Source: Mytilus californianus (Eukaryota). Taken from it: a stretch of DNA of 64,000 nucleotides. Of the stretch, positions 50,748 to 60,200 are shown piece by piece (the first letter of the stretch is position 1; the number at the start of each line of letters is the position of its first letter). Where the stretch lies: assembly GCF_021869535.1 (NCBI RefSeq), contig NW_026262701.1, forward strand, positions 6,510,001 to 6,574,000. The letters are read 5' to 3'. The notes below the pieces were generated by a model. That model did not search any database. It was given only the letters and a program-made list of their open reading frames with translations, and was not told the origin of the DNA. The position numbers and the translations under genes were made by a program.

Positions 50748-51587
50748 TTTTTATGCCCCACCTAGGGGCATTTTGTTTTTTGGTCTGTGCATCCGTTAGT
50801 TCGTTTGTCCGTTTGTCCTGCTTCAGGTTAAAGTTTTTGGTCAAGGTACTTAGTCCCCTACCGACGAAGTCGAGGGAGACTTTAGGTTTGCACCTCGTCT
50901 GTCTGTCTGTCCATCCGTCAGTCCGGCAAATCAGTTTTCCACACTTTTTTTCTTCCTGCTTGAAGATATTGATTTGATATTTGGTATATGCTTTTATCAT
51001 GACAAGTTATAGATTAAATTCAAATTTTGTTCCGGTTTGATGATTTTGTGCAGAGTTATGGTCCTTTGACTTAGAAAATTCACTCAAATAATCAGTTTTC
51101 CTCACTTTTTTTTGTCATGCTTGAAGATATTTATTTGAAAATTGGTATATAGTTTTATGATGACAAGTTACATATCAAATTCAAATTTTGTTCCAGTCTG
51201 ATGATTTTGTGCAGAGTTATGGTCCTTGTACTCTGAAAAATCACTTGAATAATCAGTTTTCCACACTTTTTTTGCATCATGCTTGGAAGAGATTGACTTG
51301 ATATTTGTTATATAGTTTACACCATGACAAGTTAAAGATCAATTTTTTCCAGTACAATGAATTTTTAACTGGTAAGGGACTATGTATTGCCATGCATTAC
51401 TCTCAGAATGCTTGTTTTTGATGAAGTTGAAGTCCAATCAACTTGAAACTTAGTACACATGTTCCCAATGATATGATCTTTCCTAATTTTAATGCCAAAT
51501 TAGAGTTTTGATCCCTATTTCACCGTCCACTGAACATAGAAAATGATAGTGCGAGTGGGGCATCCGTGTACTATGGACACATTCTTG
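50748..51587 (+). mobile_element. HINE-like element inserted in the poly(A) tail of LINE A
   Basis: 5' TTTTTATGCCCCAC and 3' GTGGGGCAT plus GTGT..ACAC hairpin; itself interrupted at 50849-51415. Confidence 0.78.
50849..51415 (+). mobile_element. HINE-like element nested in the 50748 element (innermost layer)
   Basis: AGTCCCCTACC / GGTAAGGGACT subterminal inverted repeats, (GTCT)n and about three tandem units; the host sequence resumes TTTTTGATGAAGTTG. Confidence 0.78.
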
Positions 51588-52943
51588 TTTTTTTTGGTGG
51601 AAGAAGACTTCAAGTCTTCTGAAAGCCTTTACTGCCGGCTGTAAAATCATTGAACCATCACCAGGATGTATGCTGTATCCCTTTCTGTGCTTTACAATTT
51701 CATAACAACCTCCGTGCCATATCTTGACACCGATGTTTACCATGTTTACACATGATCTAATCTGCATCATTTAATTTATTAGTTAGGTTGAAAAACGATC
51801 ACTATCGTTAGTGTTATAATTTCTCATGTTTTAATGTATTGATATCAACCCTTTTATTTATGTAAATTATTAGATTTCATCTCATCTTACATGAACGTTA
51901 TTTATTTACTTGTAACTGGATGTCTTTAAAGTAGGGTTTGTAGTACGCATGCATTCATTTGGTATCGGGTCGGTTCACCCTGAGTTCGTCCCCATAGAGT
52001 ACATTCACCCTGGGTTCCTTCTCCTTACTTATATCGTGGAAGTATTATATTGACTGCTTTTATCAAGGACGTTTTATATGTCCTTGCAATTATTAAAAAA
52101 TAATAATACTATGGGTATTAAAGTTTAATAAACTTATTCGGATATTTATATGGTATAAATTCATTGAAATTCAGAACCACTTTGGTAACGTATCTGCACA
52201 TGTGCACAAACGGGAAATTTAATTGTGCATCGGAAAGTTTCAAAATAATGATAAACAGAATTGCCATATATTCATACAATCTATCTTGAGTTAAAATCAA
52301 GTTTATACGTGGAGAGTACGACTTCAAATCAATGATGCTTTAAAAAATACACGGATTTAGTTGTTCCGTCTGCGTTCAGATCTTTAAAGCAATCAATTAA
52401 GTCATATTCCACTTTTAGACAACATGTGTTTTTTAAAGCGAAAGTTAGAATATTTAAGTATGTTATTGCGATAATAAAGAGTCAAGCGCACACATGAATC
52501 TGCTGGTGTTTTACACATCAAACGACGCACCGTCTGTTGACAGAAATATCAATGTACAAACTAATGTCTGTTGACGGATTCCATTTCGAGTATGTAGTTT
52601 TCATGTCGGTCATTGTCGGAATGTCCCCAATGATTGCCTTTATTACCTTAATACGTTTCAAAGTTTTAGAAGTGATAAAAAACGGGATTTAACAACTGAA
52701 TAGTCCAGCTCTTTACCGTTATTCGTCATTAAGGTACACACATTATCGAGGCTCGAGTACAGAACCAGTAATTCGTTGCAGTCAATAGTTTTATTTTCAT
52801 GAAAAATTTCAGAAAAGGGCTGTGTGACTCCTGACGGAAAATGCCATTCCTACCCTCATACTTTTGTGTAAAAATATTAGACGAAAAACAAATATGATAT
52901 ATATGGGTCAAGCACTTTAAATGAACGGGTTTGAAATGCTAAA

Positions 52944-53031
52944 AGAGTCAAGTGCACACATGATTCTGTCAACTGACTGTGCATCGTTTGATGTGTAAAA
53001 CACCAGCAGATTCACATGTGCACTTGACTCT
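52944..53031. mobile_element. 88-bp MITE; truncated inverted copy at 52478-52545
   Basis: AGAGTCAAGTGCACACATGA / TCACATGTGCACTTGACTCT termini; the interior is the reverse complement of 52478-52545. Confidence 0.75.
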
Positions 53032-53188
53032 AAATTATCGCTATAACATAGCAAGGTCATCACCTGACATGACCAGTCAATCCTTGGCCTGACACAAATC
53101 TGCATTGGATATATTTAGAATTTTTCAATATATGTTTATAATGAAAAGCCCTAGTTTAAGCAAAGTTGACTAAAATCTTGGTGGCCAG

Positions 53189-53829
53189 TTTTTAGCTCAC
53201 TGGGGCCCTTTGGCCCCATGTGAGCTTATGCCATCACTTGGCGTCCGTTGTCTGTCGTCGTTAACTATTTAAAAAATCTTCTCCTCTGAAACTACTTGGC
53301 CAAATACCTTCAAACTTTAACTAAATGTTCCTTAGGGTATCTTGTTTATAAATTGTATCCGAAGTTTGTATCCATTGACAAACATGGCCGCCATGGCTAA
53401 AAATAGAACATAAGGGTCAAATGCAGTTTTTGGCTTATTTCTCAAAAACTAAATCTTTTAGAGCAAATGTGACAGGGATAAAATTGTTCAATTGGTCAAG
53501 ATCTATCAGCTCTGAAATTTTCAGACGAATCGAACAACCCATTGTTGGGTTGCTGCCACCGAATTGGTAGTTTTAACAAAATTTTGCAGTTTTTTGTTAT
53601 TATTTTGAATATTATTATAGATATATATAAACTGTAAGCAGCAATAATGTTCAGCAAAGTAAGATCTACAAAAAAGTAAATATGACCATAATTGTCAATT
53701 GACCCCTTTAAAAGGAGTTATTGCCCTTTAAAGACAATTTTACACAATTTGTTCATCAAATTTGCTAACATTTAAAAATCTTCTCCTCTGAAATACAAGT
53801 GAGTGATTCAGGCTCTTGAGAGCCTCATG
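53189..53829 (+). mobile_element. HINE-like element
   Basis: 5' TTTTTAGCTCACTGGGGCC..GGCCCCATGTGAGCTT; 3' GTGAGTGATTCAGGCTCTTGAGAGCCT hairpin. Confidence 0.8.
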
Positions 53830-54814
53830 TTTTTGTCTCGCCTTGACGGAGTCAAAAAGCAAGACATAGGTATGCTGTTTCCGGTGTCGGCGACGGTGTC
53901 AACAATGTATTAGTTTGTGATTAGGTCTAGTTCATGGTGAACCACTAGTGGTAGGTCAATGATATTTGGTATGCAGTTGTATTAGCATTGGCACATCTCA
54001 TTACCATGGAGATTATTTGGCCCCGCCCCCTCAGTCAAGGTCTATTGACTTTGAAACTTTACATAGTTTACATGTATTAGTTTGTGATTAGGTCAATTTA
54101 TGGGGAACCACTAGTGGTAGGTCAATGATATTTGGTATGCAGTTGTATAAGCATTGGCATATCTCATTTCCATGGAGATTATTTGGCTCCGCCCCCTTAG
54201 TCATGGTCTATAGACTTTGAAAATTTTGCTAAGTTAACATGTATTAGTTTTTGATTAGGTCAATTCAAGGGGAACCATTAGTGGTAGGCCAATGTTAATT
54301 GGTGTTCATTTGTATAAGCATTAGCACATCTCATTTCCACGGAGAATATTTTGCCCCGCCCCCTCAGTCATGGCCTATTTACCTTGAAACTTTTGCTTAG
54401 TTTACATGTATTAGTTTGTGATTAGATCAGTTTAAGATGAACTGCTAATGTTAAGTCAATGATATTTGGTATGCAAATTTATTGGCAAGTATCGTTTCCA
54501 TGGAGATTATATAGCCCCATCCCTGATCATGGTTCATTGACTTTGAAACTTTTACATAGTTTACAAGTTAATGTTTGTGTTTATGTTTGTTTAAAGGGAA
54601 CGACTTATAATAAGTCAATGGTATTTGGTATGCAGTTGTATTAGCATTGGCACATCTCATTTCCATGGAGATTTTTTAGCCATGTACCTTCAGTCATGGT
54701 TCATCGACTTTGAATATTTGCATAACTTACATGTAAAAGTATTGCTATTTTAATTTCAACATTTGCATTATCAAAATTACAAAAAGGCGAGACATATCTC
54801 TGTGATAACAGTTT
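53830..54814 (+). mobile_element. HINE-like element with about five ~165-bp units (family of 10622)
   Basis: TGTCTCGCC / GGCGAGACA subterminal inverted repeats; colinear with 10622-11447. Confidence 0.85.
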
Positions 54815-55156
54815 ATTAAAGTTAACAATCTGCCTTTGACAGAAAACTTTCAAGTGAAACCAAATCAATTACTGTTATAATTGCTTGGCGAAATTGCATT
54901 GCATCAAGTTGACCATGCTGAGACGAATGTATGGAATTTAGTTATAGAAAATTTAATTTGAATCAACAGTATTTGCAGATTTTTATGTTAAGTATAGTGA
55001 GTTTTGGGTGAGTTATGAGTATTATTATTTTTGGAAGAAAAAAATACGTCGAAAGCAATAAAGGGACAAAGCAGGCTGGGTTGGTGGGGGCTGCTTTTAT
55101 TGTAATTCAAGTTACCTTTTATGCATCTTCTTCCACCTCAGATTTATCTTTTGTTT

Positions 55157-55170
55157 TCTCTCTCTCTCTC

Positions 55171-55246
<76 letters not shown>
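55157..55246. repeat. (CT)n microsatellite within the last codons of LINE A ORF2
   Basis: About 45 CT units read directly. Confidence 0.95.
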
Positions 55247-55249
<3 letters not shown>

Positions 55250-55821
55250 AAATTGGTTATTCTTTATTCTATTCTTTAACTCAACCATATTTGGATTTGT
55301 TCCATTTAATTTTACATTAATATATATAATTCTTTGTAATTATGACTAACAGATTCAATAATAAACTTTCATGTTTGCAACCAAGAAGCGCATTCTCTTT
55401 GTTTAGAACAAAGTTTATAAAAAGAGTTTCACAATATTTGAAAAAGACTGCCACAATTGAAAAATTATTGGGCATTCAAAAAAAGGTGTTCAAAGGTTTC
55501 TTCTCCAAGTTTACAAAAAGTACATAACTTGGTATCTTTTTATTTAATTTTGTACAAAAAGGTATTAGTTGCTATAATTCTATGCAAAAATTTGTATTGA
55601 AAGGTTCTTAAATAAGCATCTCTACAAAACTTTTTTGTTACCATGAAATATTCTGACCATTCTGTTGAATCAATAACCAACAGTTCAAACATTTGATTGT
55701 TGGAAGTTGAATAACATCATCTACTAAGTTTTTATATACAAATTTGGCTTTCACATTACACATGATTTTCTTTAAGAAAGTATCACCAGTGTTAGACTTA
55801 TCCAAATCATGATTTAGACAG

Positions 55822-56693
55822 TTCTCGTCGACTTCTGTCGCAGAAAGCTCGACATAGGGATAGTGATGTGGCAGTGGCGTTAAATAACTTCTTAAAAGCT
55901 TAATATTTCAGAAGGTAGAAGACTTGGATGCTTCATACTTTGTATATAGATGCCTTATGATTTGAAGTTTCTCTCTGTCATATGTCCATTGTCCTTGACC
56001 TCATTTTCATGGTTCAGTGACTACTTCAAAAAAACGTTAAGATTTTTTGTAATGTTAATTTCTCTCTTATTATGAGTAATAGGATAGCTTTATTTGGTAT
56101 GTGCGTACCTTGCAAGGTCCTCATGCCTGTCAGACAGTTTTCAGTTAACCTCTACCTCATTTCATGGATCAGTGAACAAGGTTAAGTTTTCGTGGTCAAG
56201 TCCATATATCAGACACTTTAAGCAATAGGTCTACTATATTTGGTGTGTGGAATGATTGTAAGGTGTACATGTGCAACTGACAGGTGTCATCTGACCTTGA
56301 CCTCATTTTCATGGTTCAGTGGTTAAAGTTAAGTTTTTGTGTTTTGGTCTTTTTGTCTAATACTATATGCAATAGGTCAACTATATTTGGTGTATGGAAA
56401 TATTTTACGATGTACATGTCAATCTGGTCGTTTTTATTTGACTTTGACCTCATTTTCACTGTTCATCGCTCAGTGTTAAGTTTTTGTGTTTTAGTGTTTT
56501 TCTTAAACTATAAGCAATAGGTCAACTATATTTTGTGTATGGAATGATTGTAGGGTGTACATGTATTTCCGGTTTGGTTTATCTGATCTTGGTTAAGTTT
56601 ACGTGATAGTTGTAGTAAAGCTTTATATTTAGGACTATCAACATAAAATCAATGATCAGTAAAGCAGGCGAGACATTTCAGCATGTGCACTCT
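55822..56693 (+). mobile_element. HINE-like element interrupting LINE A ORF2
   Basis: 3' GCAGGCGAGACATTTCAGCATGTGCACTCTT; internal GACCTCATTTTCATGGTTCAGTG units; LINE frame continues on both sides. Confidence 0.78.
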
Positions 56694-56758
56694 TCTTTCA
56701 TAACTGTTAGGGATTTTTGAAATCAGACCATAATATTTGTTAAATTGTTGGTTTGTAC

Positions 56759-58163
56759 TTTTAAGCTCACCTGGCCCAAAGGGCCAAGTGAGCTTTTCTC
56801 ATCACTTGGCGTCCGGCGTCGGCGTTAACTTTTTACATTTTGAACTTCTACTAGAGAACCACTGAATGGAATGAAACCAAACATGGCATGAATGTTCCTT
56901 ATGAGGTGCTGACCAAGTGTTGTTACTTTGTAGCGGATCCATCATCCAAGATGGCCGCCAGCGGGGGACTTAGTTTAACATTGGACCCTATGGGAAATAC
57001 ATACAAATGTCTTCTTTTAGAGAACCACTAAATGGAATGAAACCAAACATGGCATGAATGTTTCTTATGAGGTGCTGACCGAGTGTTGTTACTTTGAAGC
57101 CGATCCATAATCCAAGATGGCCGCCTGCAGGGGACTTAGTTTAACATGGGACCCTATGGGAAATACATACAAACGTCTTCTCATCACTTGGCGTCCGGCG
57201 TCGGCGTTAACTTTTTACATTTTGAACTTCTACTAGAGAACCACTGAATGGAATGAAACCAAACATGGCAAGAATGTTCCTTATGAGGTGCTGACCAAGT
57301 GTTGTTACTTTGAAGCTGATCCATCATCCAAGATGGCAGCCAGCGGGGGACTTAGTTTAACATAGGACCCTATGGGAAATACATACAAATGTCTTCTTTT
57401 AGAGAACCACTGAATGCAATGAAACCAAACATGGCATGAATGTTCCTTATGAGGTGCTGACCAAGTGTTATTACTATGAAGCCGATCCATAATCTAAGAT
57501 GGCCGCCAGCGGAGGACTTAGTTTAACATAGGACCCTATGAGAAATACGTACAAATGTTTTCTTTTAGAGAACCATTGAAAGGAATGAAACCAAACATGG
57601 CATGCATGTTCCTTTTGAGGTGCTGACCAAGTGTTGTTACTTTGAAGCTGATCCCTCATCCATGATGGCTACCAGATGTGGACAATGTTTAACAAAGGAC
57701 CCTATGGACAATACATACAAATGTCTTCTTTTAGAGAACCACATACTGAATGGATTGAAACCAAACATGGCATGAATGTTCCTTATGAGGTGCTGACCAA
57801 GTTTTGTTACTTTGAAGCTGATCCTTCATCCATGATGGCCGCCAATGGGGGGACTTCCTTTAACATAAGACCCTATGGGAAATACATACAAATGCTTCTT
57901 CTAGAGGTGCACTGAATGGAATGAAACCAAAACATGGGATAAATGTTTCTTATGAGGTGCTGATTAAGTGTTGCTACTTTGTTGCCGATTTACTGTTCAA
58001 GATGGCCACCAGGATTTTTTATTAAATTACAGGACCAATATTAAACCAAATTTGGCCTCACTCATTATTATGGTATCTGTTATGATTTTAATCTATTTTT
58101 ACATGATTTCCAAAACCAAAGTAGAATCAGGTGAGCGACACAGGCTCTTGAGAGCCTCTAGTT
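56759..58163 (+). mobile_element. HINE-like element with an expanded array of ~165-bp units and a duplicated leader
   Basis: 5' GCTCACCTGGCCCAAAGGGCCAAGTGAGC hairpin; leader repeated with period 383 (56801, 57184); 3' GGTGAGCGACACAGGCTCTTGAGAGCCT. Removal joins LINE A ...QFQE-KVQTNN.... Confidence 0.88.
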
Positions 58164-60200
58164 CTTGAAATTGCTCAAATTTATAAAAATTCATATTTTC
58201 ATGATTAATAAGGTCACTCACTGACTGCACACCTCCCTTTTTAGATTGAATGTAATATGGAAAATCATCCAAAGAAGAAAAGTTCAAAATATCTATAGAT
58301 AAAATGTCACTGACAGAGAAAGAATTTTTACATCTTTTAGAAATCTCAATCAGTCTTTCTTTCAGAAGATGTAAACCCCTATCACCCCTATACTGTATAA
58401 GGTCTGCCAATAACAACTGCTGCCAGCCACCACTAGGGTTTGACAGCAGTCTTTTTATCCGACTAATTTTCAAATAGATATTAAAGGAATGAAGATGTAC
58501 CATATTAATTCCACCTTATGAAATATCACCAATAAGTGTGTTACGCTTAATTCTGTCTGGTTTTCCATTCCATAAGAAATCATCAACTCAAAACTGCTTT
58601 TACTAATTTTCATGAAACTTTTGTAAATTATTTATATCTATATAAGTAAGCTCCCTTTCGCTTTTTATAAATTTTAAATTTTACCTTTCTGAGTTATGGG
58701 ATTTTATTCATAAAAACAGGGGGGATTTTCCCGTTTTTGGACTAACTCAAAAATGCTTTGAGCTGTTTTTCATCAAACTTTGATGACGGGTTTACATGGT
58801 TTATATCTATTAAAACAAGCTCCCTTTAGTTTTTTTTTTTTATAAATTTCTGATATGACATTGAGGAGTTATGGCACTTTATTTGTTGAAAAATCGACGG
58901 GCATATCATGCACTCATGGCGTAGCTCTTTATTAACGTTATATGCAAGCGGGGGCATCATCTGTGTCCCATGCACACATTCTCAATTTACTCTATATTAA
59001 TCCAATATTTTATATATATATATGTTATATTTTTACATGCCATATCTTGTTGGCAATATGCTCTTACATCTACATTTGTACATATAGTATTTAAATAGCA
59101 ACAAAATATTATTTATGGTTTTACTGTTATCAAAATCTCAGACACACCTAATATGACTTTGTTTGAGCTAAAGGGCAAGAAAATGTCATAATTTCTAATC
59201 GAGTCTATCATGGACATGATGGATAGTGAAAAATTTTGGACAACATTACATATCCAAAAAGTGTGAAAAATTCTTTCTCTGATTTCTGAACAAAAAGTAC
59301 ATTGTTCAGTTTCTTTTAATTTACATTTCAATAAAAATGAATTACATGGTAGAATCCTATGAACAATCTTGAAATGGAAATTTTGTAAAAATGAACTTCT
59401 GGTTATAATAAAAGGCATAGAGTACCCGGTAAATAGTATTCCAATCTTCAATCTGCATATTCAGATCTATTCTGGGCCATATTTATCAGTATTGTTTTCA
59501 ACTTTGAACTTATTTTGCAACTTGGAAAAATTTACCAGGATATCAATTATTAACCTGCTGTGTTTGATGCAAGCAGTGAGACATCCCAGAGATGCACTTT
59601 CATTGAACACTGTGGCCCACATACTTTTTTCCATTTTTGTGGTTCGATTGTAATGGATTTTTATCACAGAAATTTAAGTTGATAAGAAGGTAAATTGAAG
59701 AAGACAGATTAATGCTTCTTTCACTGATCATGCTGATACAGTGTAACTATGTAATTCAGTGACATTCCTTCTTTCCCTCAATCTCAAATCTAAGTTTTCC
59801 AGATTTTTTTCTTTAGGTCTACGGAAATTGAATTTAATTTTAGTACAGCAGAGGTTAATAATGACTTACAGGTGGTGTTGGCTCTTCGTTTCAGTAGACC
59901 AATTATAGCCCTTTCATAAATAAAGTACATTTCAAGACTTTTTTTTTGTCATGCCTACAGACATGACAGATTTGGATGTGAATTTTTGTACATTGTGTAT
60001 AATGATGAGTTTATACAAGCCTCATTTGTTATTCGTTGTAGTTGACTAACTGCAGGCAGGATCACTCCTGTTGAACCAGAACATCTAGTTTTAAATTTAA
60101 AAATAGTTACATTTCTAGATTATAAATAATACCTTATTTTAAGTGAAACATTGGAGCAATATTTTTCACCAAACATTTAGTTCTCACTGTTTCGTTGTAG

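Larger units (their letters stand above)
50748..58583 (-). mobile_element. 5'-truncated L1/Tx1-clade LINE A with 12-bp TSD, interrupted by at least five HINE-like elements
   Basis: CAACTCAAAACT at 50736-50747 and 58584-58595. ORF2 remnants 58583-58164 (FLWNGKPDRIKRNTL..GGINM..KRLL), 56758-56694 (YYGLISKIP) and 55821-55110 (FQYKFLHRIIATN..CTFC..EHLFFECP); poly(A) remnant at 51588-51595. Confidence 0.85.
50673..58930 (+). mobile_element. HINE-like host 2 (net about 410 bp; family of 41131), split by L1/Tx1 element A
   Basis: 5' TTTTTATACGCC..GACGTATTATGG at 50673; 3' ACGGGCATATCATGCACTCATGGCGTAGCTCTTT ending 58930; the halves join at the duplicated CAACTCAAAACT. Confidence 0.8.
39381..58985 (+). 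mobile_element. HINE-like host 1 (net about 440 bp) in three pieces
   Basis: Pieces 39381-39703, 50612-50672 and 58931-58985. 5' TTTTTATGCCCCC and 3' GGGGGCAT subterminal inverted repeats; the internal unit continues across both gaps (GAATTTGGGTGGC..., GTTATGTCCCTTT). Confidence 0.75.
39178..59720 (-). mobile_element. L1/Tx1-clade LINE fragment B (outermost host), split by a ~19.6-kb nested stack
   Basis: Right part about 59720-58986: PQKWKK, zinc-finger-like FKIVHRILPCN..CTFC..HTFWIC and LLFKYYMYKCRCK. Left part 39380-39300 supplies the ORF end KYSVCFLTSAQKVKIDQHWQLLSAAFN*, followed by AATAAA and an A-run at about 39178-39190. The joining is inferred; outer TSD not found. Confidence 0.7.

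Noticed and set aside
55015-55320. 101-aa ORF with LSLSLS repeats
   Set aside because: Translation of the (CT)n microsatellite.
58099-59667. One L1/Tx1 element with scrambled domain order
   Set aside because: Resolved as two elements. The 58583-58164 piece continues leftwards to its own zinc-finger region at 55.3-55.8 kb, and the 59.0-59.7 kb piece ends at about 39300.
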